A DNA stretch of 64,000 nt from an uncultured Bacillota bacterium (GTDB lineage: Bacteria; Bacillota; Clostridia; Christensenellales; UBA1242). The notes under the pieces are model-generated. The model was not told where the DNA came from. It did not search any database and saw only the letters and a list, made by a program, of their open reading frames with translations. The stretch is taken from assembly GCA_948465545.1 (NCBI GenBank), contig CAOJXO010000004.1, positions 1,139 through 65,138 of the forward strand. Reading direction: 5' to 3'. Shown here piece after piece: positions 26,852-39,388 of the stretch (position 1 is the first letter of the stretch; each line of letters starts with the position of its first letter). The position numbers were made by a program, and so were the translations under genes.

Positions 26852-28834
26852 ATGAACAATTTTGAGCGTCCAAGACCAATCTTCCCAAAACGTGCTGTAA
26901 TTACAGGCGGTATGCCTTATGGTAATAAATCTTTGCACTTTGGTCACCTTGCACTTATGGTAAGGGCTGATACTTTTGCACGCTTTATGAGGGACAGAAT
27001 CGGAAAAGATAATGTTATTTTTGTCTCTGGTACAGATTGTTATGGCTCTCCTGCTGTAGAATCTTTCAGAAAACTTAAAGAGGCTGGTGGTAAAGATAAA
27101 ACCATAACCGACTTTGTTATGAGAAACCACATTGACCAAAAAGAAACTTTTGACCTTTACAACATTTCATTCAATCTCTTCTCTGCTTCCGCACTTGGTG
27201 CAAGCAAAGAGATTCACAACAAAGAAAGCAGAATATTTATTAACAGCCTTTACAAAGCAAACAAACTTTCAAAGAAATCGTCGCTTCAATTCTATGATGA
27301 AAAATGCGGACAATTTCTAAATGGCAGACAGGTTATCGGAAAATGCCCTATTGAAGGTTGCCAAGGTGAAAAAGGCTATGCAGATGAATGTGACCTTGGT
27401 CATCAATATCTACCTCAAGACTTAATTAATCCGATAAGCACACTAAGTGGTGAAAAGCCTGTTCTCAAAAAGGTGGAAAACTGGTATTTTAACCTTGAGG
27501 ACTGCCTTGACATTCTTAATGTTTGGATTGACGATATTGCAAAAAAATCAGATACCAGCCAATTTATGGTTAAAGAAATTAAAGAATTCTTCAAAAAACC
27601 AGAAATCTATGTTAAAAAGGATTTTAAAGAGGTTATAACCAAACTCTCACTTCCTAAATACGAAATTGTTGGCAAAGAAACAGCACCAAGTTTTACTATG
27701 GTGTTCGACAAACTTACTGACAGAGAAAAAGCCTGTGAAGAGCTTTCTGCAAATGGGGTGCGTTACAGAACTGGAAAAACTTTAACACCTTTCCGACTTA
27801 CTGGCGACCTTGAATGGGGCGTGCCATGCCCTGTTATTGACGGACTTAGTGGCAGAACTTTCTATGTTTGGCCAGAAAGTTTATGGGCACCTATTTCATT
27901 TACAAAAACATATCTTGAAAGCATAAACAAAAATGAGGACGAATGGAAAAAGTACTGGTGTGATAATAGTGCCGAAATTTACCAGTTTATCGGGGAAGAT
28001 AATATGTACTTCTATGGCCCAGCACAGCAAGCAATCTGGTTGTCTTGTCAAGGCGAAAGTCCAGTGTATCCTGCCCCTAATGGTGCGTTGCAAACAACAA
28101 AAATTGTGCCTATTAAGTCGCTTTTGTACATGAACTCTAAAGCAAGTTCCTCTGGTAGACTTAAACCTCCTACTGCACGCGAACTTTTAGCCCATTACAC
28201 CCCTGACCAGTTTAGAATGCATATTCTTGGCATGAACCTTGGCAACAATAATATAAGTTTCTCTCCTAAATGCTTTGAGGAAAATCCTAGCGGCGACATT
28301 CTTGATCCTGTGCTTAAAGAAGGCAATCTTCTTACAAATGTATATAACCGAATTTTGAGGACTCTTTTCTATTCGCTTCAAAAAGATTTTGACGGAAAAT
28401 TACCTCACGTGGAAATTGATGAAGACATTAAATCTCAATGCAAAAAAGCAATCCTTGACTACGAAAGATTTATGTATGACAAAAAGTTCCACCAAGTAAT
28501 CAATGTTCTTGACGTGTTTGTACGTAACATAAATAAATATTGGGTAAAAGAAATTGCAAATGCAGACAGCATGGAAAAGAAAAGCAGATTGGTCGCAAAT
28601 ACTGCCGAAATGATTAAAGTTGCAAATATTCTCCTTCACCCTATCTCTCCTATCGGAACAGAAAAGGTAAGAAGATATATGAACCTTGACGAACGCAGTT
28701 TCGATTGGAACTATATCTTTGAAGACATCTATTTCTTTATGGAAAAGCCTAACTTTGAAACATTGCAAGAACGTGAGGACTTCTTTAAAAAACATCAATC
28801 ACAACTTGATGAACTTGCAAATAAAAATAACTAA
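26852..28834 (+). CDS. metG: methionyl-tRNA synthetase
   Basis: GGMPYGNKSLHFGHL (HIGH region), VSGTDCYGSP, the Zn knuckle GKCPIEGCQGEKGYADECDLGH and a KMSKS-position loop that reads KASSS. Confidence 0.8.
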   Translation: MNNFERPRPIFPKRAVITGGMPYGNKSLHFGHLALMVRADTFARFMRDRIGKDNVIFVSGTDCYGSPAVESFRKLKEAGGKDKTITDFVMRNHIDQKETFDLYNISFNLFSASALGASKEIHNKESRIFINSLYKANKLSKKSSLQFYDEKCGQFLNGRQVIGKCPIEGCQGEKGYADECDLGHQYLPQDLINPISTLSGEKPVLKKVENWYFNLEDCLDILNVWIDDIAKKSDTSQFMVKEIKEFFKKPEIYVKKDFKEVITKLSLPKYEIVGKETAPSFTMVFDKLTDREKACEELSANGVRYRTGKTLTPFRLTGDLEWGVPCPVIDGLSGRTFYVWPESLWAPISFTKTYLESINKNEDEWKKYWCDNSAEIYQFIGEDNMYFYGPAQQAIWLSCQGESPVYPAPNGALQTTKIVPIKSLLYMNSKASSSGRLKPPTARELLAHYTPDQFRMHILGMNLGNNNISFSPKCFEENPSGDILDPVLKEGNLLTNVYNRILRTLFYSLQKDFDGKLPHVEIDEDIKSQCKKAILDYERFMYDKKFHQVINVLDVFVRNINKYWVKEIANADSMEKKSRLVANTAEMIKVANILLHPISPIGTEKVRRYMNLDERSFDWNYIFEDIYFFMEKPNFETLQEREDFFKKHQSQLDELANKNN

Positions 28835-28901
28835 AATAAAAGATAAGAAAATTCTTATCTTTTTATTTTGTTTTTTTTTAGTTTTAGGCTAAAATAAAAC
28901 T

Positions 28902-29570
28902 ATGACACTTGTTACACTTTTTTGTATTTTAGGAGTCGCCGTCATTCTAGGAGTTTTATATGTGATTTTCTGTCACAACACAAACCTCCTAAACTTTATT
29001 GTTAAACTTCTTGCACCTACCGCTTGCCTACTACTTGCTCTTATCTCCGCAAACCTCTCTTCCTCTTTTGGCGGATACACTACATTCATTGCAATGGGAC
29101 TTGCAATTACAATCGCAGTTAACGCCTTTCAATGTGTAAAACAAAAAGACCTTAAAAAATCTGAAACATTATTCTTAGGCAGTATAAACGCATTGACAAT
29201 CCTCTGTTTTGCTGTGGCAGGAATAGTGATTGCAAATTTCAATGTGTTAGGGCTTGCTTGCGGACTTCTTTTAGGGCTTGGCACAGGTTTCCTTGTTTCA
29301 ATATTCAGAAAAATGAATCTTGCTGAGGGTGCAGTTACAATCATCAATACCGCCATTGCAGGATTAATGTTCGGACAAGGGATTGTATTATTCCTCTCTC
29401 ATGTAAATATAATCGGGGCTGTTTTATATTTTATATCAGCAATTTTAACCCTTTCTCAACTTATATTAAGCGTGTTTGTAAAAGAAAACAAGGCAATGCA
29501 AATAATATCAAATACAATGCGTATTCTTAGCCTTATTACAATCGCCCTCTCAATTTACTTTATGATTTAA
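28902..29570 (+). CDS. polytopic membrane protein (family not recognised; weak YhhN-like guess)
   Basis: 222 aa and about 7 hydrophobic helices. No strong RBS. Followed by a terminator hairpin at 29577-29603. Confidence 0.55.
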   Translation: MTLVTLFCILGVAVILGVLYVIFCHNTNLLNFIVKLLAPTACLLLALISANLSSSFGGYTTFIAMGLAITIAVNAFQCVKQKDLKKSETLFLGSINALTILCFAVAGIVIANFNVLGLACGLLLGLGTGFLVSIFRKMNLAEGAVTIINTAIAGLMFGQGIVLFLSHVNIIGAVLYFISAILTLSQLILSVFVKENKAMQIISNTMRILSLITIALSIYFMI

Positions 29571-29606
29571 AAGACAAAAAGCAGGCAATCTTGCCTGCTT
29601 TTCATT

Positions 29607-29638
29607 TGGTTGCGGGGGTTGGATTTGAACCAACGACC
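29607..29638. repeat. 32-nt perfect duplicate of the 3' end (T-arm, acceptor 3' strand and CCA) of the adjacent tRNA-fMet
   Basis: tggttgcgggggttggatttgaaccaacgacc occurs at 29607-29638 and again at 29714-29745. Confidence 0.9.
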
Positions 29639-29713
29639 CACAACGAGGTTATATTTTTGATATAACCCGAAGATATTAAAAATCTAAGTCTTTTCCAACT
29701 TAGATTCTTTCTA

Positions 29714-29790
29714 TGGTTGCGGGGGTTGGATTTGAACCAACGACCTTCGGGTTATGAGCCCGACGAGCTTCCGAGCTGCTCTACCCCGCG
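29714..29790 (-). tRNA. initiator tRNA-fMet (CAT)
   Basis: The minus strand, CGCGGGGTAGAGCAGCTCGGAAGCTCGTCGGGCTCATAACCCGAAGGTCGTTGGTTCAAATCCAACCCCCGCAACCA, folds as a 77-nt cloverleaf. It shows the C1:A72 mismatch and three G-C pairs next to the CAU loop. CCA is encoded. Confidence 0.93.
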
Positions 29791-29971
29791 ATATATTTCC
29801 TTTTTAAGGACTTTATTAGTATATGCTGTAACTTGCCTTTTGTCAAGCCAAAATTCAAATTATTTTAAAAATTATTTCTATATATTAAAACCATTTCTTC
29901 TTTAAGATATTCTATTATTTTCATCTTGACAATTTAAGTTTTATACTATAAAATATCGTTAGGAGAGAAAA

Positions 29972-30331
29972 ATGTATATAGACGAAGGATTTGTTAAATA
30001 TACAAACACAAAATGGGAAGCCTTAAAACTTACTTTTGGTAAAAGAAGTATTGGGCATAAGATGTGGTTTTTGCATCAATATTGCCTTTTAACAAATAAA
30101 GAACCAAAGCTACAAGAAAATCTTGAAAACTTAAAAGAAAACAATATTGAATTTTTTGCCTCTAAAAGAAAGGTAAGATTGAGTAATACAGGATATTGTT
30201 ATGGCTGGGAAGGAACTTACTATGTTTCTGATATCAAACTTACTGATGAGCAAAATGAAGAAATAAAATTATGGTACAGACGCATCAAAGCAAGAAAAGA
30301 TAGCAAGATAGTAGAAGAAGAAAACAACTAA
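29972..30331 (+). CDS. hypothetical protein (119 aa)
   Basis: ORF with AGGAGAG RBS and an upstream TTGACA/TAAAAT promoter. No recognisable motif. Confidence 0.55.
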   Translation: MYIDEGFVKYTNTKWEALKLTFGKRSIGHKMWFLHQYCLLTNKEPKLQENLENLKENNIEFFASKRKVRLSNTGYCYGWEGTYYVSDIKLTDEQNEEIKLWYRRIKARKDSKIVEEENN

Positions 30332-30372
30332 ACAGTCAGAATAATTATCTTCTTATCTCGCAAAATAAATAC

Positions 30373-30951
30373 ATGCGTGTTATTAAAAATATATTGCTAT
30401 TTATAAGTGCATTCATTCCCATGTACTTTCTGATACTTGTTAAAGTTGTCATTGACATCATTAATGACAATATGTCTTGGAATGTACTTAACACCACAAA
30501 TATCGCCACATTAATACTTTTAATTGTACTAGGTATTATTGGACTTATCTCTAATATTCACTTCAACAAAGAAGTGCCAAGGGAAATTGTTATTCTTAAA
30601 AAACAAAACATAACTGACAAACACTTCTTAGGCTATTTTTCACTTTTCGTTTTCTTCGCTATCCCCCTTGACCTTAGTTACATCAGCGGCTATGTTGTTT
30701 ACGTTCTTATAATCATCATGATAGGCATCGTCTACATCAACAACTCACTTTATTACATCAACCCATTTCTAAATATGTTAGGCTACAATTTCTACGACAT
30801 TACCTATCAAGAATGTGGTTCAACAAAAACTAAAAGTGCAAAATTTTTCTATAAAGGGACTCTTGAAATTGAGGACAAAACCTACTGGGTTAAACTTAAA
30901 AATACCAACTTCAGTTTTATTGATAAGAGCCATCATAAAAGAGGCAATTAG
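30373..30951 (+). CDS. hypothetical 4-TM membrane protein (192 aa)
   Basis: Two pairs of hydrophobic helices, then a ~55-aa soluble C-terminus. No recognisable family. Confidence 0.55.
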   Translation: MRVIKNILLFISAFIPMYFLILVKVVIDIINDNMSWNVLNTTNIATLILLIVLGIIGLISNIHFNKEVPREIVILKKQNITDKHFLGYFSLFVFFAIPLDLSYISGYVVYVLIIIMIGIVYINNSLYYINPFLNMLGYNFYDITYQECGSTKTKSAKFFYKGTLEIEDKTYWVKLKNTNFSFIDKSHHKRGN

Positions 30952-31559
30952 TTTGCCTCTTTTTTATTTTTAGCCTTTTTCTTAACATTTGTATTTGTGT
31001 CAATGCTCTTTCTGAATACAACAAAAGTCTGCCAAAGAAATTCCAAAATGAAGTTTATAATCATGCATGTTACAAGCCCAATTATATACGCAAAGTCGCC
31101 TCCAATGCTTCCCATTAACGCATTCTCTATTGTTGCAATATACCAAATTTGAAATGGATAGAATGGAATGTAGAACACAAAAGCAAGAAGCATTGCAATC
31201 GGAACATTATTTGCCGACTTAAATGTAAATTTTCTATTAAATGTAAAATTCCATATGACTGAAAGTGCAAGACCAACGGTATCAGCAATAAATGTGCTGG
31301 TTGCCTGTTGAGTAATAAAAACTAGCGTAGAATCAGGCGGAATTATGTAATCTAAAAGAACAAGTTTTAATAACAATGATGACACCATTTGTATTGCACC
31401 AGCAGATAGGGAGAATAATACAAATTTTAAAACTCGCCACCACTCTTTCTTTTTATCGCTCTTTCCGTCTGTTTTAGGCTCTTGTAGAGATTGTTCGCCC
31501 CCTACAACTTCTTTTTCTTGTAAATTCTTTATTTCTGCCTCTTTTTCCGCTTTTTTCAT
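30948..31559 (-). CDS. GtrA-family membrane protein
   Basis: 4-TM protein with ...WNFTFNRKFTFKS..., the GtrA-like motif. AAGGAAAA RBS precedes the ATG at 31559 (the track start 31613 is an extension). Its stop overlaps the convergent gene stop by 4 nt. Confidence 0.7.
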   Translation of the reverse strand: MKKAEKEAEIKNLQEKEVVGGEQSLQEPKTDGKSDKKKEWWRVLKFVLFSLSAGAIQMVSSLLLKLVLLDYIIPPDSTLVFITQQATSTFIADTVGLALSVIWNFTFNRKFTFKSANNVPIAMLLAFVFYIPFYPFQIWYIATIENALMGSIGGDFAYIIGLVTCMIINFILEFLWQTFVVFRKSIDTNTNVKKKAKNKKEAN

Positions 31560-31775
31560 AATTTTTCCTTCTTTTACAGCGTAATAATAGCACAAACATA
31601 AAAATATTGTCAATCAATTTGCTTGTAATATGATTTTAAAGCCAAAATTAAGCCATTTTACGCCCTATTGATATATATACGATTAATCTATCGTTTTATA
31701 ATAAAAATCGGAAAAATGCTTGTTTTTTCCTCTTATATATATTATAATATAACTATATAATATATTAAGGGGTAA

Positions 31776-33734
<1,959 letters not shown>

Positions 33735-33749
33735 AAGGAGCCACAATAG

Positions 33750-36275
33750 ATGGATAAATACGATAATAAAAGACCTTTGGAGGAACTCTTCAAAGAAACC
33801 AAAATTGAAAAACTTGACACCGTAAGTGAATTAAAGCATTCCTTTTATTCCTATGCAATGGCAGTAAATGTATCACGTGCAATTCCTGATGTACGCGACG
33901 GATTAAAACCAGTTCATAGACGTATCCTTTACACTATGGGCGAACTTAACAACTTCTACGACAAACCAACCAAAAAGAGTGCGAGAATTGTCGGAGAAGT
34001 TATGGGTAAATACCACCCTCACGGCGATAGTTCGGTTTACGACGCAATGGTTCGTCTTGCACAAGACTTCTCTATTCGTTATCCACTTGTAGACGGACAA
34101 GGTAACTTTGGTTCTGTGGACGGCGATCCTCCTGCGGCTCAACGTTATACCGAAGCACGCTTATCTAAAATCGCCGCTTTAATGCTTGAAGATATTGACA
34201 AAAACACAGTAGACTTCTACCCCAACTTTGATAATACTCTTATGCAACCAGTAGTGCTTCCTGCAAAGATACCAAATCTGCTTGTAAATGGCTCTGATGG
34301 TATTGCGGTAGGTATGGCAACAAATATACCACCTCACAACTTAAAAGAGGTTTTAAATGGCTTACAAGCCCTTATAGATAATCCTGAAATTGAAATTGAT
34401 GAACTTATCAAACATATCCCCGCCCCTGACTTCCCTACTGGCGGTATCATCATGGGAAGGGCCGCTGTGAAACATGCCTACAAAACAGGGCGTGGCGGAA
34501 TTGTTGTAAGAGGCCGTGCCGAAATCGAAGAACTTCCTAATGGCAGAACCCGTATCGTTATTACCGAACTTCCATATATGGTAAACAAAGCACAATTCAT
34601 CGTGCAAATGGCAGACCTTGTTAAGAATAAGCGTATTGAAGGAATCAGTGATATTAAGGAAGAATCTGACCGTGAAGGTATGCGTGTGGTTGTTGATGTT
34701 AAAAAAGATGCAAACGCACAAGTAGTACTTAACGCACTTTATAAACACACTCAACTTCAAAAAGGCTCAGGGATCATTTTCCTTGCCCTTGTAAATAATC
34801 AACCACGAATATTAAACCTTAAAGAAATGCTTTACTACTATCTTGAACATCAAAAAGAGGTGCTTGTAAGAAAAACTCAATTTGACCTTGCCAAAGCAGA
34901 AGAACGTGAACATATCGTTAAAGGCCTTGTTATTGCCCTTGCAAATATTGATGAGGTTATCAAAATCATCAAATCAGCAGAAGATAAACAAGATGCCGCT
35001 GAAAAATTGATGGCAAGTTTCCAACTTGATGAAATTCAAGTAAACGCAATTCTTGAAATGCAACTGCGAAGACTTACAAGTTTAGAGGTAGAAAAACTTA
35101 ATGAGGAACTTCGTGAACTTGACGCACAAATTGCCGATTATAAAGATATACTTGCAAGACCAGAACGCGTACTTCAAATCTTACGCGACAACTTTGAAGA
35201 AATTAAAAATCAATATGGCGATGCCCGTAAAACTGAAATCAGCCTTGATGCTGGCGGTATTGATATTGCAGACCTTATTGAAAAAGAAAATGTTGTCATC
35301 TCTATGACACATGAAGGCTATATCAAACGTATGTCAACCAGCGAGTATAAAGCACAACATCGTGGCGGCATGGGCGTTACTGCTCACAAGACCAAAGATG
35401 AGGACTTTGTAGAGCGAATGTTTATCACCTGCACCCACAACGACCTTCTGTTCTTCACAAACTTTGGTAAGGTATATAGCATAAAAGCATATGAAGTGCC
35501 AGAGGCACAACGTACCGCTAAAGGAAGAGCCATAATCAACCTCCTCCAACTTGAGCCTGAGGAAAAAGTAACAGCAATTATTCCTCTTGAAGAAGGAGCA
35601 AAAGGAAATCTTATCATGACAACTAGAAATGGACTTGTTAAGAAAACCGCACTCAAAGAATACTATTCTATCCGTAAGGTTGGAAAAATTGCAATCAAAC
35701 TTATTGAAGGCGATTGTCTTATCGGTGTAGAAGTTTCAAGTGGTAAAGATGACATCTTAATCGCAAGCCATGAAGGAAAATGTATCCGCTTTGCCGAAAG
35801 CGACGTTCGTATGGTTGGAAGAGATAGTCAAGGTGTTAAGAGTATGAAACTTACAAACAAAGATTATATTGTAGATATGAGTATTGTAAAACCTGACACC
35901 GAAGTAATCACTATCTCTGAAAACGGATATGGAAAACGAAGCCACATCAGTGATTATAGATTGCAATCAAGAGGCGGAAGCGGTGTTAAAGCAGGCACAT
36001 TTAATGAAAAGACTGGCAAACTTGTTGCACTTCGCCAATCACTTTCAGATGATGACATTATGCTTATTGCTGACAACGGCGTAATTATAAGAACACCAAT
36101 CGACCAAATCAGCACCCTTTCAAGGGCAAGCCAAGGTGTGCGTATAATGAAACTTAAAGGCGATGCAAAAATTGTCAGTGTAGCCCTCACAGAAAAAGAG
36201 GAAGAAGAACCTGAAAATCTAGAAACTACAGAAACACCATCTGACAACACAGAAACAAACAACACTGAAGAATAA
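33750..36275 (+). CDS. gyrA: DNA gyrase subunit A
   Basis: [43 protein letters not shown] and C-terminal beta-pinwheel repeats. Confidence 0.96.
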   Translation: MDKYDNKRPLEELFKETKIEKLDTVSELKHSFYSYAMAVNVSRAIPDVRDGLKPVHRRILYTMGELNNFYDKPTKKSARIVGEVMGKYHPHGDSSVYDAMVRLAQDFSIRYPLVDGQGNFGSVDGDPPAAQRYTEARLSKIAALMLEDIDKNTVDFYPNFDNTLMQPVVLPAKIPNLLVNGSDGIAVGMATNIPPHNLKEVLNGLQALIDNPEIEIDELIKHIPAPDFPTGGIIMGRAAVKHAYKTGRGGIVVRGRAEIEELPNGRTRIVITELPYMVNKAQFIVQMADLVKNKRIEGISDIKEESDREGMRVVVDVKKDANAQVVLNALYKHTQLQKGSGIIFLALVNNQPRILNLKEMLYYYLEHQKEVLVRKTQFDLAKAEEREHIVKGLVIALANIDEVIKIIKSAEDKQDAAEKLMASFQLDEIQVNAILEMQLRRLTSLEVEKLNEELRELDAQIADYKDILARPERVLQILRDNFEEIKNQYGDARKTEISLDAGGIDIADLIEKENVVISMTHEGYIKRMSTSEYKAQHRGGMGVTAHKTKDEDFVERMFITCTHNDLLFFTNFGKVYSIKAYEVPEAQRTAKGRAIINLLQLEPEEKVTAIIPLEEGAKGNLIMTTRNGLVKKTALKEYYSIRKVGKIAIKLIEGDCLIGVEVSSGKDDILIASHEGKCIRFAESDVRMVGRDSQGVKSMKLTNKDYIVDMSIVKPDTEVITISENGYGKRSHISDYRLQSRGGSGVKAGTFNEKTGKLVALRQSLSDDDIMLIADNGVIIRTPIDQISTLSRASQGVRIMKLKGDAKIVSVALTEKEEEEPENLETTETPSDNTETNNTEE

Positions 36276-36355
36276 TAAAAAACGCGAAAATTTCGCGTTT
36301 TTTTTGTTTGACAATAGTTGTATTAAATGATATAAAATAATTTGAGGAATTGTCG

Positions 36356-36832
36356 ATGATGTTAATTGATGAAATTATAAAATCAAAAATAAACAATGTA
36401 TTTTTTGATATGGATGGTGTTCTTACTGAATTCAATCCAAACGATAAACCCCGCATACTACGCAATGAACCTGATTTTTATTTAAATAAACGCCCTATTC
36501 GTTGTATACTTGAAAAAGCAAAAATACTTTATGAAAACAACGTGGAGATTTTCATAATGAGTATATGTCATTTTGAGGAACAAAAACATGACAAAATAAA
36601 GTGGCTTAAAAAATATGCTCCATTTATCAAAACACAGAATATTCATATAATTGTGTTAAATAATGAAAAATACGATAAAGAAACAAAGGATTACTTGAAA
36701 GTAACAAAAATTCAAGAAATTCTTAAAAACAATGAAACTTACATACTGATAGAAGATAACCACAAAATAATTAAAGCAACCAATAAAGTAGTTCGTAACT
36801 CAGCACATCATCTAAGTGAATTATTAGACTAA
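36356..36832 (+). CDS. HAD-superfamily 5'(3')-deoxyribonucleotidase-like phosphatase
   Basis: FFDMDGVLTEF (the DxDGV nucleophile motif) and a late LIEDNHK motif, as in the NT5C family. GAGGAA RBS precedes ATG 36356. Confidence 0.55.
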   Translation: MMLIDEIIKSKINNVFFDMDGVLTEFNPNDKPRILRNEPDFYLNKRPIRCILEKAKILYENNVEIFIMSICHFEEQKHDKIKWLKKYAPFIKTQNIHIIVLNNEKYDKETKDYLKVTKIQEILKNNETYILIEDNHKIIKATNKVVRNSAHHLSELLD

Positions 36833-36911
36833 AATAAAATCCATGCCAGCATGGATTTTATTGCTTTTTTAGCGAAAATATGATATAATATTGCGGAAAA
36901 AGGGGGATTTT

Positions 36912-38978
36912 ATGGATAAGCAAGAAGAAAATTATTTTGAAGGCACCCTATCAATCATTAAGAAAAGTATAAATGAAACAAAAAAACAAATTAACGACGC
37001 AGAGGAAGAACTTGAACTTCAAAAGAAAAAGTTGTCTGAAAACTATTACGAAGTTGATAAAAGCCAAGATCTTGCAAGCGTTTATTCAATCTTAAACTCA
37101 CTTGAAGAAGTCAGTGTGGATATGCGAAACAAACTATCTAGACTTGAAAAACAGAAAAACAGTCCTTATTTCTCCCGCATTGATTTCGTTGCAACTGGCG
37201 AAAGTACTACTCAAAAAATATATATCGGGCTTACTGGTATTAGAGATAACAACCAAATGATAGTGTATGACTGGCGTGCACCAATCTCTTCTATGTACTA
37301 CGACTTTGCATTAGGCAGTGCCTTTTACAGGGTAGGCAAACAATCTTACACTGGCGAAATCAGTTTAAAAAGACAGTATAAAATTGAAAATGAAACACTA
37401 CTTGGATATTTTGATACCAGCCTTGCAATAGAAGATGATATTCTGCGAGATGTACTCAGCCAGAACTCTTCAGCAAAAATGAAACAAATCGTTTCAAGCA
37501 TACAAAAAGAACAAAACATAATTGTACGTACTGAAGAGTTTGACAACATCTTAGTTCAAGGTGTGGCTGGCTCTGGTAAAACATCTATCGCCCTCCACCG
37601 TGCAGCATACCTGCTATATAGCCATAGAAACATAATAAAAAGTAGCGACATTCTTATTATGTCGCCAAACAATATCTTTTCAAGTTATATTTCAGATGTA
37701 CTTCCAGAACTTGGCGAAGATAACTTAATAGAAACCTCTTACGACCAAATTGCAAGAGTTGAGTTAAAACACCCGCTTGAAAGTCGTGAAGAAATGCTGG
37801 ATCGCATAGCCTCCACCCCTTCTCAGGACGAACTTAATGAAATCTCTTATAAAAGCAGTTTTGAGTACTTAGGCGAACTTATCAAATTCCTCCGTGGGGA
37901 TTTCTTAAGAACCTTTACTCCTCAAAAACTCTCCTATGTTGTTGGGGTTAAATTAAATGAAGATGAAAAAGAAGAACCTATCTATGAAGAATTTACCGCT
38001 GATAGAACAAGCAAACTTTTTTTTGATACTTTCAAGAACATGACAATCGCAGAGAGGATTAACAAAATCGCTTGGCAATATGCAATGTACTTCACTGAAA
38101 AGCGTGGATATAATAAAGAACAAAATCGTGGGCTTCGTGATAGATTTAAGAAAATTTTATATAACTTCCTACCTATTAAGGATATACATAAGATATTTGA
38201 AATCTTCTTAACAAGATTAGGATTAAATTATACGGGAAGCGATGAGATAGGCTATATGGATAAAGGGGCAATTCTCATTATAAAGAACTATATTTATGGC
38301 TTTGACCATGATTTCTCTGCAAAATACCTAATCATTGATGAAATGCAAGACTTCACCCCTGTGGACCTCTTTGTATTCAAGAAACTTTGGTCTTGCCCTA
38401 GCATCGTGCTTGGCGACATCAATCAATGTATTGAAAAATGCTTGACACGTGACTATCTCAAACAAGTAAGTGACTATCTTGGCACAGAACTTATCGAACT
38501 TAAAAAGACATATCGTTCTACAAAAGAAATCGCAGAATTTGCACATAATATGATTGGGCTTAAAGATGTTGAATATGTCAATAGAAGCGGACAAAAACCT
38601 AAACTGTATAAAACAGCAGATACAGCAAAAACAATCAAAGCGATTGTTGAAACCGAATGTCAAGATTTCGCACACACTGCAATCATCTGCAAATGCCAAG
38701 CCGAACTTAAAAAACTTGCAAATATGCTGAAAGGTCATGTTGATTTCACAATTCTTAATGAACCAGAAGATTATAACAATAAACTTCTTTTAACAACCTG
38801 TGCAACAGCAAAGGGAATTGAGTTTGATGCGGTTATCCTACCTTTCGCAAATAAAGAGAACTATATAAACAACCTTGACAAGAATATAATATATGTAACA
38901 TCTACAAGAGCACTTCATAAATTGTTCTTTATATCTGATACTACACCTACTAAATTCTTAAAAGGCGTAGAAGAGTAA
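36912..38978 (+). CDS. helD: HelD-like UvrD-family helicase (RNA polymerase recycling factor type)
   Basis: N-terminal coiled coil, then SPYFSRIDF, the Walker A VQGVAGSGKTSIALHRAAYLLY, IIDEMQDF and CATAKGIEFDAVIL. Confidence 0.8.
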   Translation: MDKQEENYFEGTLSIIKKSINETKKQINDAEEELELQKKKLSENYYEVDKSQDLASVYSILNSLEEVSVDMRNKLSRLEKQKNSPYFSRIDFVATGESTTQKIYIGLTGIRDNNQMIVYDWRAPISSMYYDFALGSAFYRVGKQSYTGEISLKRQYKIENETLLGYFDTSLAIEDDILRDVLSQNSSAKMKQIVSSIQKEQNIIVRTEEFDNILVQGVAGSGKTSIALHRAAYLLYSHRNIIKSSDILIMSPNNIFSSYISDVLPELGEDNLIETSYDQIARVELKHPLESREEMLDRIASTPSQDELNEISYKSSFEYLGELIKFLRGDFLRTFTPQKLSYVVGVKLNEDEKEEPIYEEFTADRTSKLFFDTFKNMTIAERINKIAWQYAMYFTEKRGYNKEQNRGLRDRFKKILYNFLPIKDIHKIFEIFLTRLGLNYTGSDEIGYMDKGAILIIKNYIYGFDHDFSAKYLIIDEMQDFTPVDLFVFKKLWSCPSIVLGDINQCIEKCLTRDYLKQVSDYLGTELIELKKTYRSTKEIAEFAHNMIGLKDVEYVNRSGQKPKLYKTADTAKTIKAIVETECQDFAHTAIICKCQAELKKLANMLKGHVDFTILNEPEDYNNKLLLTTCATAKGIEFDAVILPFANKENYINNLDKNIIYVTSTRALHKLFFISDTTPTKFLKGVEE

Positions 38979-39138
38979 GCCAAGACTTACTCTTCTTTTT
39001 TATTAAACCTTTTCAAAATTTACAAAATGCATAAAGTTACATTCAAAATTAAATTTGCCACCTAAAACCACCCCTAAAAACAAAAACTTTTCCCCTTAAT
39101 TTAAAATAAGTTGAAATAAGTTTTGCCTTAATTAACTT

Positions 39139-39342
39139 TTATCCACAAGATATCCCCCTTTCAAGCGAAAAATACACAATTTTTCAAATTTTAGGTGTGG
39201 AAATGTGGATAACTTCGTGTTTTTTGTCCACATATACACCAATATTCAGCAAAATGCATAAAAATAAACACAAATGTATAAATATTTATTTGTGGAATTG
39301 TGGATAACTCAAATGTGGATAACTTTAAAAAAATTATCCTCA
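39139..39342. promoter_or_regulatory. DnaA-box cluster (candidate oriC element or DnaA titration/regulatory site)
   Basis: Four perfect TTATCCACA 9-mers: 39139-39147 on the plus strand, and 39204-39212, 39299-39307 and 39314-39322 as TGTGGATAA. One-mismatch boxes are TTGTCCACA (39224-39232) and TTATCCTCA (39334-39342). Two 2-mismatch boxes lie at 39196-39204 and 39291-39299. All sit in a ~450-bp non-coding gap. Confidence 0.75.
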
Positions 39343-39359
39343 AACAGCCTCAAAATCAC

Positions 39360-39388
39360 TTGACAATGGCAAAAATTTTCATTATTAT
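39360..39388 (+). promoter_or_regulatory. sigma-A type promoter of hisS
   Basis: TTGACA, 17 nt spacer, TATTAT, immediately downstream of the DnaA boxes. Confidence 0.5.
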
